From a virus (lineage: Duplodnaviria > Caudoviricetes): a stretch of 27,888 bases of DNA. Each line of letters begins with the position of its first letter. The first letter of the stretch is position 1. A program made the translations under genes and the position numbers. Shown one piece after another: positions 17,735-25,823 of this stretch. Below the pieces are notes generated by a model that searched no databases, had not been told where the DNA came from, and worked only from the letters and a program-made list of their open reading frames with translations. Location: positions 1 through 27,888 of the IMG/VR virus record IMGVR_UViG_3300020043_003115; one strand, 5' to 3'.

Positions 17735-17992
17735 TCATTGCTCACCTCCTTTGATTTTATCTCTCATCCATTGAGCACCTACTATCGAAGCTTTATACGC
17801 TATCCATGTTTTATGGTTTTTTTGTGGTTCTGGAGATACAGATAAAGCAAAAGTTTCAATATCCTCATCAGTTGGTAGTTCAATGGGAGTTACATATTCG
17901 TCTATGTATTGCATAATGTGATTAGCATCAATCATTGATACCTCGCATTTTTCTGCTGCGATTAAAAACATCTCTTTTGTGTATAGTTTCAT
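17735..17992 (-). CDS. Hypothetical cassette protein, 85 aa
   Basis: IELPTDEDIE...GAQWMRDKIKGGEQ. Bounded by the junction repeats. Confidence 0.65.
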   Translation of the reverse strand: MKLYTKEMFLIAAEKCEVSMIDANHIMQYIDEYVTPIELPTDEDIETFALSVSPEPQKNHKTWIAYKASIVGAQWMRDKIKGGEQ

Positions 17993-18231
17993 TGCTCACC
18001 TCCTTTAATTATTGGGTTAATCCTATCAAATAGGTCTTGTAAGTTACCAATGCTATCTATACTCCAACCCGTTTCAGTTTTTAAGACATAGTAGCATCCT
18101 CCATCATTGTCGATTCCTAATGATGATTCACACTGTATTGTCATTTCTTCGTACTCACTTGTTGTCCCATTACAATTTCCTTCCTGAACAAAGGTAAAAG
18201 AACAGTTTTCTAATTTTGGTTTGTCGCTCAT
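17989..18231 (-). CDS. Hypothetical cassette protein, 80 aa
   Basis: Ends in IKGGEQ. Bounded by the junction repeats. Confidence 0.65.
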   Translation of the reverse strand: MSDKPKLENCSFTFVQEGNCNGTTSEYEEMTIQCESSLGIDNDGGCYYVLKTETGWSIDSIGNLQDLFDRINPIIKGGEQ

Positions 18232-18497
18232 TTGTCACCTCCGTATGTTTCGTTGTAGTATTTTTTGCAAAAGGTTTCGGCAACTTCTCGTTTTTCCAAA
18301 TAAGCAGCGTCACAAGGAATGTCATTCAATTTGTGAAACATATCCATTTGCGCATCCTTAATTTGACTGCGCTCCATTTGAATCGCTTGCTGGAATGCTT
18401 CGTATGCGTCTTTGCCTTCGGTTGTGAATGAGCCGATGTGACCAGTGTCACCGTAGATTTGTTTGAATAGAAATTCAACTGCCGTTTGTTTTTTCAT
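18228..18497 (-). CDS. KQTAVE-type small phage protein, 89 aa
   Basis: MKKQTAVEFL N-terminus, AIQMERSQI, YYNETYGGDK C-terminus. Confidence 0.65.
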   Translation of the reverse strand: MKKQTAVEFLFKQIYGDTGHIGSFTTEGKDAYEAFQQAIQMERSQIKDAQMDMFHKLNDIPCDAAYLEKREVAETFCKKYYNETYGGDK

Positions 18498-18506
18498 TGG
18501 TTTGTT

Positions 18507-18695
18507 TTATGATTCGTTAATTAGTTTCTTCAGGTAAACCGCAAGGTCAAGTGCTTCTTCGTATGCGTGTTGCAGCCATTCTTTTGTGGTTAGGTCTTTG
18601 CGGTCAACTGTCGTGCCGTACTTACTCAATCCACGTTCCTCACGGACCTTGAGTTCAGCGATGACCAGTTGCAGGATTGTGCTGGGTTGTTTCAT
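18507..18695 (-). CDS. Conserved small helical phage protein (possibly all-alpha NTP-pyrophosphatase-like)
   Basis: GLSKYGTTVDRKDL..EWLQHAYEEALDLAVYL, including an EExxD motif. Confidence 0.55.
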   Translation of the reverse strand: MKQPSTILQLVIAELKVREERGLSKYGTTVDRKDLTTKEWLQHAYEEALDLAVYLKKLINES

Positions 18696-19342
18696 ATCTC
18701 GCCTTGGTTTGACATTTCTTCACCATACCTAATCATGCGGTAGGTATCAAAGTCCATCTCCTTTCCCTCATATACCGCGAAACGATTCATTCCACGCAGC
18801 TTGTCGTATTCTGCTATCACTTGTTTTTCAAATGGTGACAACTTCGACTCATAGCTTTCCGGGTCCTTGCGCTTTGTTTTAGTGGCAAGTTCGTCAATCA
18901 GTTTCTTCATTGCACCGTTGAAGCTCTCGGTACTCATGATTTCTTTGGCTTCTTGTTTATTCCTTTCCATTTGTTCACGTACAATTATTTCAGTTCGTTC
19001 GATGTCGTATGCCCTCAACCATTCCATGATCACTGCTCCATCCAGTCGGTTGTATATCTTTCCGTACTTCCCGGACATTGCACCGCGAAAGCACTTGCGG
19101 AAATCATCAGGACTAAAGTAGTAGAAAGTTTCTTCGATTAACTCGGTTGTCATTTCCACTTGGTAGGGTGTCATGATTCGCTCCAAGCTAAAGTAGGTTT
19201 GCAACTGGTCTATTGAATTGGTGAGAATGCGTCTCACTGATTCAACACCTTCATGTTTTTTGATGTAGGCTAAACTCTTACAACTTGAAGTAGTTGGGAT
19301 CATTAGCCCTGCGGTACTCGATTTCGCTAACTCGTTGCTCAT
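18692..19342 (-). CDS. Replication accessory protein (possible helicase loader), 216 aa
   Basis: Directly downstream of the initiator. DFRKCFRGAMSGKYGKIYNRLDGAVIMEW motif. Confidence 0.5.
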   Translation of the reverse strand: MSNELAKSSTAGLMIPTTSSCKSLAYIKKHEGVESVRRILTNSIDQLQTYFSLERIMTPYQVEMTTELIEETFYYFSPDDFRKCFRGAMSGKYGKIYNRLDGAVIMEWLRAYDIERTEIIVREQMERNKQEAKEIMSTESFNGAMKKLIDELATKTKRKDPESYESKLSPFEKQVIAEYDKLRGMNRFAVYEGKEMDFDTYRMIRYGEEMSNQGEI

Positions 19343-19970
19343 TGTCGTTTGTTTTTGTGGGTTTATTATTATTCATCCAATTTCGTGCGGTTGCATGCCA
19401 GTCCTTCATGGAATTTCTACCGACTTTCCAACCGTTGCTTGTGTAATAGTCATAGAACTTTTGTGCTTCAAGGACAACCTTTGACTGTTGCCACTTGTTG
19501 CCAGCTTGAAAATTAAGTTCACTCATGTAATTCAAAACATCTATTGGTTCAGGTTTTTTGAACTTTCCACTTTCAACTTTAATTACATTTCTATTTTCAT
19601 TTTCATTTTCATTTTCATTTTCCATATGTTGAACATATGATGAAGATATGTTATTTGGAATATTTGGTTTAGAAGTATTGATTTTCTTACGATTGTTGCG
19701 CCTACTCTCCGCATATGCAGCACGCTTTTTTACTTCTTCCAGCAATCTTTCGTTAGCAAAGTTGCCATCGTCTTGCAATTTGAACTTGCTTTTGATTGCG
19801 TTATGAATGTCATGTGACGAACATATCTTAATCATATGTTTTTCACTCAATGTTCCTTTTGATGCCTGATGACATAGGCAGCGGATGTAAGCACCGACTT
19901 CTTCATTTGTCAAGTCATCGGTGCCGACAAGGAAATCTTGGTAATAGAAAAGGAATGCTGGGTCTTTCAT
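19278..19970 (-). CDS. Phage replication initiator (YdaU/DUF1376-like N-terminus), ~230 aa
   Basis: ATG 19970 gives MKDPAFLFYYQDFLVGT..LTNEEVGAYIRCLC, an ENENEN linker and C-terminal FYDYYTSNGWKVGRNSMKDW..TARNW. Confidence 0.8.
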   Translation of the reverse strand: MKDPAFLFYYQDFLVGTDDLTNEEVGAYIRCLCHQASKGTLSEKHMIKICSSHDIHNAIKSKFKLQDDGNFANERLLEEVKKRAAYAESRRNNRKKINTSKPNIPNNISSSYVQHMENENENENENRNVIKVESGKFKKPEPIDVLNYMSELNFQAGNKWQQSKVVLEAQKFYDYYTSNGWKVGRNSMKDWHATARNWMNNNKPTKTNDNEQRVSEIEYRRANDPNYFKL

Positions 19971-20641
19971 TGTTTTAGGTTTTTGAATAGGCACAAACCT
20001 ATAAAAGTTGAACGATGATTCCGCAAATTTCCAACAATTAACCGATTCCATTCTGGTTTATCATAGGTTGTAGGTAGCATTTTATTCTTTTCTAAACCTA
20101 CAAAAAAATGATTTTCATGATAACCCAGTTCACGATAACCTTGCTTTGTGTCACTGTCCTTAAATCTAATTCTAATATCCTTGTGAACTTGTTCTGCATA
20201 GTTTGTTGGTGCTAATTGTATAGTACTTCCTTCTTGCTGAAATAAAGAATATTGCGTTGCATATACTTCATGTTCATTGGTATGCACAAATAACCTCTTT
20301 TCGCTTACATCCACAACACCCATTGAGTATTTAGATTCGTTCAACTGGTCTATTGTAGTAAGCGGAATATTATTTAGGATTGAAGTAGTATGACTTCGGT
20401 CTATCTCTTTAACCCATCTCCACTTAATGGGCTTGTATGAATTTTCACGTCTGCATGTCATTGGTTCAACTTCAATATCATAGATGTGATTCTTACGCAT
20501 TGAAAATATTTCGATAGGATATAATCGCGTCAGCTCGTTGGTTTCAAGATTGACACCTATACTGCAATGATAAAATTCATCGTATTTGCGATTCAATTCT
20601 TTTTGGGCAATCGCAACTTGCAGGAATTTAATTCTTTTCAT
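19967..20641 (-). CDS. Uncharacterised protein, possibly dual-OB-fold-like, 224 aa
   Basis: KY...HCSIG...TRLYPI...RRENSY...IVGNL...STFIG pattern. Coupled to the DUF4326 gene and visibly AT-rich. Confidence 0.5.
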   Translation of the reverse strand: MKRIKFLQVAIAQKELNRKYDEFYHCSIGVNLETNELTRLYPIEIFSMRKNHIYDIEVEPMTCRRENSYKPIKWRWVKEIDRSHTTSILNNIPLTTIDQLNESKYSMGVVDVSEKRLFVHTNEHEVYATQYSLFQQEGSTIQLAPTNYAEQVHKDIRIRFKDSDTKQGYRELGYHENHFFVGLEKNKMLPTTYDKPEWNRLIVGNLRNHRSTFIGLCLFKNLKQ

Positions 20642-21419
20642 CTGCCAAAGTTTTTAAGTGGTCAGCGTGGCATCGTAAAGGAGCGCACCAGCAACCCAGT
20701 GCCATACCTTTGAGTTCATATATTTTTTTCGTTAAGCTCGGTTTGTATGGTATGAAATGATTTTCGTAATTGTTGCAAACAGCATCACGATCGCCATCCT
20801 TTCCCATTTCAAATGGATTTCCCCAGTCCGAGAATCTATCGACACGAATAAACTTGTTGTTATCTTCTGCCCACTTTATTGTGGCTAAATCAGTTTTTTG
20901 ATTCACGACAACCGTTTCACCGTTCTTCAGTTTTTCAATAAGCATTTTGTCGCGTGGTGAAATTTCCGCATCTTCTTTTTTCTTTGCTTGTTCATATTCT
21001 TTGGCAGCGGTTAGCACACGACTGGTTGTAAGTTCAATGCGCTTTTCGCTTTCCACTTTTGCCGTGGCAATTTCCTGTTCAAAGATTTCTTCGGGTAGTG
21101 CAGCAATCTTTTGGAAAGTAGATGATTGGTCTTTGCTTATGCCGTAGTTTGCCAAAGTCGAAGGTACCGACTTTGCCATTTGATATTGATTTCCATGATT
21201 TCCACCACGAATTTCACTTTCCTTCAATAATTGCCCTAAAATTCGTTGCGTTCTAATCTTTTGTTCAGCAATCATGTTTTGAAGTTCGGCATCTTTTTTT
21301 TCTGCCTTTGCCCATACTTCAATGGCTTTAACTTTATTCAAGTAGTTAATACCGGATTCAATGGTTTTGATTTCTGCAAGCTGTTGCTTTGCGTTGTCCC
21401 TTAATTGTAAAGCGTCCAT
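20628..21419 (-). CDS. Helical N-terminal domain fused to DUF4326, 263 aa
   Basis: C-terminal VDRFSDWGNPF.MGKDGDRDAVC..Y...ELKGMALGCWCAPLRCHADHL is the DUF4326 signature. The N-terminus (AEQKIRTQRILGQLL...TLANYGISKDQSSTFQKIA) resembles a domain usually fused to phage DNA methyltransferases. Confidence 0.8.
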   Translation of the reverse strand: MDALQLRDNAKQQLAEIKTIESGINYLNKVKAIEVWAKAEKKDAELQNMIAEQKIRTQRILGQLLKESEIRGGNHGNQYQMAKSVPSTLANYGISKDQSSTFQKIAALPEEIFEQEIATAKVESEKRIELTTSRVLTAAKEYEQAKKKEDAEISPRDKMLIEKLKNGETVVVNQKTDLATIKWAEDNNKFIRVDRFSDWGNPFEMGKDGDRDAVCNNYENHFIPYKPSLTKKIYELKGMALGCWCAPLRCHADHLKTLADEKN

Positions 21420-21430
21420 ATCATAAAATT

Positions 21431-21513
21431 AAAAAACCCTCGGGGCATCGGTGTATCGGCTCACCTCTGCCCCTTGGGTTCGTGTTATAGTTTAATACGT
21501 AGTGCCGATACCA
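21431..21513 (-). ncRNA. Structured 5' leader: terminator hairpin whose loop is complementary to the transcript 5' end (pseudoknot/attenuator candidate)
   Basis: On the - strand: GTATCGGC ... AACCC-AA-GGGGCA-GA-GGTG-AGCCGATA-CACC-GA-TGCCCC-GA-GGGTTTTTT. Confidence 0.6.
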
Positions 21514-21544
21514 CAAATATAATACTTATTGATTCAACATCCAA
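21514..21544 (-). promoter_or_regulatory. Bacteroidota sigma70-type promoter
   Basis: -7 box TATATTTG (21514-21521) and TTG at 21542-21544, with a 20-nt spacer. Confidence 0.6.
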
Positions 21545-22221
21545 GAATTTAATATAGTATCCCGGTAATGCTTTGCTTTCTCCATGATGTCACAAGCAAT
21601 TTGCATGTCTTCAGGAACTGCATAACATATTGCCCAGTGCAATCTCCGGTGTTCGGGTTGACGTGGATCAAACGAAGCGAATATCCATGCTCCCAGTCCA
21701 TAGGTAAGCATGTTCATTTGCACTTGCCAATAGTAGTCGCTATTAATCCGCTTCAAATCTGCTTCGCTTTGAATCTGCGAATGGTGGTAGTGGTTAATAG
21801 GATTGAACGGACACTTCATCTCAACACCGACTTTTGTTCCATTCAGTTCCATGAACGCATCGGGTGAGGCACCGGAATAGGAATTGAACAACTTGAAACC
21901 GGGGCGCAGGTTTGTCTTCTCATCCGGGCAACCGATTGCCTTCTGAAGTTCAAGTAGTGCGGTTTCTTCCCACTCGTTGCCATGATCAATCGCTGCGCCA
22001 CTTGCTCCATCCTGCGCTTGTCCGGTTACAATCTCCATGACTTTGGAAAGGATGTAGGTTTCAGCGGTCTTTGACCATTCGCCTGATTCCTTTGCTTCCT
22101 TTGTTTTGGGTTGAACGAATAGGTCTCCGAGTCTTGACCCGGTGAATTTACCGAGTCGCGCAGTGTCCCATGCCGTGTTTTGCTTGACTGATTCAATCAG
22201 TTCATTGAAATAATTACTCAT
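21526..22221 (-). CDS. YqaJ/lambda-exonuclease family recombination nuclease
   Basis: W..ARLGKFTGS, HGNEWE, GASPDA, VEMKCP, YYWQVQMNM motifs. Confidence 0.9.
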   Translation of the reverse strand: MSNYFNELIESVKQNTAWDTARLGKFTGSRLGDLFVQPKTKEAKESGEWSKTAETYILSKVMEIVTGQAQDGASGAAIDHGNEWEETALLELQKAIGCPDEKTNLRPGFKLFNSYSGASPDAFMELNGTKVGVEMKCPFNPINHYHHSQIQSEADLKRINSDYYWQVQMNMLTYGLGAWIFASFDPRQPEHRRLHWAICYAVPEDMQIACDIMEKAKHYRDTILNSWMLNQ

Positions 22222-22861
22222 TGTTACGTTGGTTTAGGAGTGTAAATATATGCTGCTTTTGTGGTTCGGTAATCAAATCACCGAGCTGCTCAATGCCATT
22301 GCGGATTTCGAACTCATCCACTCCGAGTTTGATGTCATTCTCAATCTTCTTCATGGTAGCTTCAGGCAGTTGCAGTTTATACGGCTGATATACATCCTGA
22401 ATTTGGCGATTCAAGTCACGTCCGAAAATCTTTCCGAGGGATTGCGCTGCGTTCTTTACACATTCGCTTTTCAGTTTCCCTGCTGCAAGATCAAGCGCAT
22501 TGCTTTTCTTGTTGTCAGGATTCAATGCCCATCGATTCCTCTCAACACTGGTGAGATTGTCCGGTGCTTTATCCACCATGATCACAATGGAAGCGGACCC
22601 GGTTCGCGTGATGACTTCATTCGTGATGGGGTGCATGACTTCGAGTGTGATGCTACCCATGATCTCATTTCCGATTTGCGACCACTGAAAATTTTTCGTT
22701 GACCAGCGTCCGAAATAAAGTTCATCCAAAGTCATTTCAACGTGACTAATAGTGACTGTGTGCGCTCTTTTGTCGGGCGTTGGTGTGATTGATTCTTGCG
22801 CTGGTTCGCGGTTAAGATACTTCAAGAACTTTTGAAGCGAGTCCATTAAGTTAGTTTCCAT
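22214..22861 (-). CDS. Rad52/Sak-like single-strand annealing protein (~215 aa)
   Basis: ATG 22861. TISHVEMTLDELYFGRW...KSECVKNAAQSLGKIFGRDLNR motif. Adjacent to the exonuclease. Confidence 0.7.
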   Translation of the reverse strand: METNLMDSLQKFLKYLNREPAQESITPTPDKRAHTVTISHVEMTLDELYFGRWSTKNFQWSQIGNEIMGSITLEVMHPITNEVITRTGSASIVIMVDKAPDNLTSVERNRWALNPDNKKSNALDLAAGKLKSECVKNAAQSLGKIFGRDLNRQIQDVYQPYKLQLPEATMKKIENDIKLGVDEFEIRNGIEQLGDLITEPQKQHIFTLLNQRNNE

Positions 22862-22863
22862 TA

Positions 22864-23025
22864 TTATTTGTTTTTGGTTTGATATGCAAGATATTGATGA
22901 AATTGCCACGCGTATGTAAGGGCTTTCAATTTTATTGCAGTCAATACAAATTCGCGTTGAGCATCAGTAAGTGAAGTCAGTTCATTCATAACTGATTCAG
23001 GAAGTGTGAATTCAGGTTCATTCAT
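22864..23025 (-). CDS. Small hypothetical protein, 53 aa (not in ORF track)
   Basis: MNEPEFTLPESVMNELTSLTDAQREFVLTAIKLKALTYAWQFHQYLAYQTKNK. ATGA overlap upstream and ends 2 nt before the SSAP start. Confidence 0.55.
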   Translation of the reverse strand: MNEPEFTLPESVMNELTSLTDAQREFVLTAIKLKALTYAWQFHQYLAYQTKNK

Positions 23026-23201
23026 GATAGTTGGGTTTCGGAGTTAAAAGCCATTACATCAGTTGCTTCTCGGACAGCTTGCCTTGCGATTAGTCGCAGT
23101 AAGCGTTCGAACTCTGGTCGAGAGTCCAGCGATAGTGTTACATTAGATTGCAGTCGCAAATACGCCTGAATCCGGTCATCAGTTCCTTTGAATTGTTTCA
23201 T
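23022..23201 (-). CDS. Hypothetical protein
   Basis: The likely start is ATG 23201 (MKQFKGTDD), which has an A-rich upstream region. Confidence 0.45.
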   Translation of the reverse strand: MKQFKGTDDRIQAYLRLQSNVTLSLDSRPEFERLLRLIARQAVREATDVMAFNSETQLS

Positions 23202-23212
23202 GTTATATGGTT

Positions 23213-23572
23213 TTATTTTTTGCAATATGGACACTTGTCGCGGTCAGCTATTACGATGTTGTCATCAATGTCGGAGCAGAGTTCTTCAACTGAAGATTGA
23301 AAGTCGGACATAAACCTTTGCAGGCACTTCTCAACATCGCTGGCGGTACGTGCATCGCGATACTTCAAGGTAGTTTCAACCGCTTCTTTTGCAGCAGCTT
23401 TGATGTACTTGTGTACGTTGTCGATGTCGGTTGCGAATTGTTTGAACATGTGAGCGCAATCGGTTAACGATGCGTTCTCGAGTTGTTCGGGATTGGAGCA
23501 GATGCACTGCTCATTGTTGTGGGGGGAATGTAAATCTTGCATTTTGCTTTTTGTTTTTTTGTTATTATGCAA
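23213..23572 (-). CDS. Hypothetical protein
   Basis: Helical ORF with a terminal CPYC. The start could be 23542. Confidence 0.5.
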   Translation of the reverse strand: MHNNKKTKSKMQDLHSPHNNEQCICSNPEQLENASLTDCAHMFKQFATDIDNVHKYIKAAAKEAVETTLKYRDARTASDVEKCLQRFMSDFQSSVEELCSDIDDNIVIADRDKCPYCKK

Positions 23573-23759
23573 CTACTTGTAATAATTGGCTTTCTCTTGT
23601 TTCATCTATTGACATCATACCAACCATTCTCCAAGATGAAATATTATTTTCTTTTGCCCAGTTATTTAGAGCGAGCATACTTGTTGCTCTAACCTTTGAC
23701 CATTTACGATTGATTTTGATTTCGTAAACACTGCTTGTGATTTCTTTTGAGTTTGTCAT
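23565..23759 (-). CDS. Hypothetical early protein, 64 aa
   Basis: First gene after the consensus promoter. A-rich translation initiation region. Confidence 0.55.
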   Translation of the reverse strand: MTNSKEITSSVYEIKINRKWSKVRATSMLALNNWAKENNISSWRMVGMMSIDETRESQLLQVVA

Positions 23760-23782
23760 TGTTTTGTTTGTTATTATGGGGC

Positions 23783-23813
23783 CAAATATAGAACGGATTT
23801 TCCATTGTGCAAA
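23783..23813 (-). promoter_or_regulatory. Consensus Bacteroidota sigma70 promoter driving the early leftward operon
   Basis: On the - strand: TTTG (23810-23813)-N19-TATATTTG (23783-23790), in an intergenic gap. Confidence 0.8.
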
Positions 23814-23854
23814 GAAAATTCACAAAATATTTTTAGTGCCTGAATTTCAGCACT

Positions 23855-25150
23855 TTAGACATACGAATATTTGCCGTAATTCGGCACGAGCTCGAAATAC
23901 ATCCGCATCATGATAGCATCAGCATAGTCAGGACTGATACCATGCAATGCTTTGATTTCGTCCTTTCCGGTGACGGATAACTTTCCATCGGCTTCAGGTC
24001 GTTTCCTGCGAATCATGTCAAGTTCTTTGGTAATGATTTCGCGCTTTGGTATTGGGAAAATCACTTTGCCTTGCTCAATTAACTCTGCGAGCTTGTAATA
24101 ACATTCGGCTTTTTGATTGATGTACGTTTCGGGTTTCGTGGCACGCTTCTGATTCTGAAATCCTCGGCACTTGAGATAGTCAACCGCACCGCTGCCCAGT
24201 CCATCTTCATCCGCGATCACATTCGATAGCTTCACCGAATACTTACCAATCAATCCTCGCATGTACTGGACCACTTCGTCAATCCGTTTCTTGTGCAGTT
24301 CGTGTGTCTCAATTAGCTGAAGTCCTCTCCACACGCAAATGATGGTCCGGTCTTTTCCGAGTCGGGCAATATCCGCACTGATAAACATTTCTCCGGTTCC
24401 AAGTTCTTCGCGAAAGCAACGGAGCAAGTCATCGTACTTAAAGAGCCAGTCAATAGATTCATCAAAGTCCCAATCTCCATGAAGTAATCTTTTGCGGTCC
24501 GCTTCCGGTAAACTTGCAAGTGTTTGCAGATAGCTTTCAGGTAGGTGCGGATTGTCACCGGGTAATGCCTGCACGAAAGCATACATAGGTTTCAAACTTT
24601 CGGTTCGCCATGGATCATAGAACTCATTGTAAAGCCATCCTTTGGACGGATTGCATGTAAGTAGTGCTTTCGGTTGCAGATTGAATTCATTTAGCTTAAA
24701 ACGAACGCGAGAGCGCAGCACATCAATGGCTTTCTTTGTGACTTGACTAACCTCGTCCACGTAAAAGTCAGTAAGCTCCAAACCACCGAGCGAATCAAAC
24801 ACCGGGTCCGATGGGTATTGAAACAAATCTTTCAGAATGATTTCGGATTTGTTGAAGAACGTGATTACATTGGTACTACCATTTAACTCATAGTCACGAC
24901 CGGTACGAAGGTTCATCATGCCTGCAACCTCAAAGAATGTCTTGACGGTTGTCTTTTTGAGCGTGTCAAGTTTGGACCTACCAATTAACCCACGCGAACC
25001 AGCGTAATGTAGCCGTCTCATGATCTGCCAAGCGCATCCGGTGAATGACTTCGACCCTCCAGCTGCTCCACCATAAAGAACTATTTGTGCAGGGGAGTCA
25101 GTTGAAAGAGCTTTGAAGCATTCGATTTGTTTTGGCAGGTAGGTAATCAT
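23855..25150 (-). CDS. terL: Terminase large subunit
   Basis: Walker A YGGAAGGSKS, Walker B FYVDEV, TCNP motif, DNPHL, and RNase H-like SADIARLGKD...SPDYADA. Confidence 0.95.
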   Translation of the reverse strand: MITYLPKQIECFKALSTDSPAQIVLYGGAAGGSKSFTGCAWQIMRRLHYAGSRGLIGRSKLDTLKKTTVKTFFEVAGMMNLRTGRDYELNGSTNVITFFNKSEIILKDLFQYPSDPVFDSLGGLELTDFYVDEVSQVTKKAIDVLRSRVRFKLNEFNLQPKALLTCNPSKGWLYNEFYDPWRTESLKPMYAFVQALPGDNPHLPESYLQTLASLPEADRKRLLHGDWDFDESIDWLFKYDDLLRCFREELGTGEMFISADIARLGKDRTIICVWRGLQLIETHELHKKRIDEVVQYMRGLIGKYSVKLSNVIADEDGLGSGAVDYLKCRGFQNQKRATKPETYINQKAECYYKLAELIEQGKVIFPIPKREIITKELDMIRRKRPEADGKLSVTGKDEIKALHGISPDYADAIMMRMYFELVPNYGKYSYV

Positions 25151-25755
25151 GCAAGTGCAAGACGGTTGCTTTCTCTCACCGCTTTTACTTCAGCGTAACT
25201 ATCTTCAAGTTTTTGGATTTGCGTGACTACTGGTTCGAAGCGATTCATGTCAACGCACATTTGCTTAATTGTGTCAAGGTCTTTGCGTAAGACGTGGTCG
25301 TAACAATACGAGTTCATAATTTTGCGGTATGCGTGAATCATGGTTGAGTGGTCTTTACGTGGTGTGAACTTTGCACCGATTTCAGATAGTGGGCAAAGGT
25401 GAGCAATGCCCATGAATTGGGTTCTCATCAGGAAAATCAGAATGGAGCGAGCATAAACGAAATTCGCGTGACGTGTGTAACTGCTCAAGACGTGATTGCA
25501 TCCAGTGACTGCGCCAACCATTGCTTCAAATTCAGGCACTACCTTTTCAACTATGTAATCGTCTCCGATTATTTCTGCTACACGCTGACGCGATTCATTG
25601 TAGGACATGATTCGGTGCGCTTCATTCATAATTGCTTTGTGCAGGAAGTCTCTGACCTCTTGCTTTAACACGAATGCAGCATCAGAAACGGTGCGCATTT
25701 CACTTGGTGTAAGGGTGATTAAGGATTTACCCTCGGTGTTGAATACTTTGCTCAT
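25147..25755 (-). CDS. Protein with a DnaA C-terminal (domain IV) HTH
   Basis: TRHANFVYARSILIFLMR...LSEIGAKF..RKDHSTMIHAYRKI matches DnaA domain IV. There is no AAA+ domain. Confidence 0.8.
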   Translation of the reverse strand: MSKVFNTEGKSLITLTPSEMRTVSDAAFVLKQEVRDFLHKAIMNEAHRIMSYNESRQRVAEIIGDDYIVEKVVPEFEAMVGAVTGCNHVLSSYTRHANFVYARSILIFLMRTQFMGIAHLCPLSEIGAKFTPRKDHSTMIHAYRKIMNSYCYDHVLRKDLDTIKQMCVDMNRFEPVVTQIQKLEDSYAEVKAVRESNRLALA

Positions 25756-25823
25756 GATTATTTGTTTTTGTTAATTAAATTTCGCGCAAAATAGAAACAA
25801 GTTTTGCACACAACCAAAAAAAA

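Larger units (their letters stand above)
17734..18242 (-). repeat. Repeated gene-junction element (AAAGGAGGTGAGCAATGAA on - strand), three copies
   Basis: 19-bp exact copies at 17734-17752 and 17988-18006, plus a 13/15 copy at 18228-18242. Each contains a GGAGGTGA SD and an ATGA start/stop overlap. Confidence 0.85.

Noticed and set aside
19594-19625. (TTTTCA)n microsatellite as a contingency locus
   Set aside because: It is an in-frame hexamer encoding the ENENEN linker common in phage initiators, so length changes would not switch phase.
22970-23025. Imperfect direct repeat ATGAATGAAC(C)TGA(A/C)TTCAC
   Set aside because: A short intragenic duplication (MNEPEF/MNELTS) with only two degenerate copies and no further structure.
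25147-25755. Host chromosomal dnaA marking a prophage boundary
   Set aside because: Only domain IV is present with no AAA+ domain, and the gene is coupled to terL and surrounded by phage genes.
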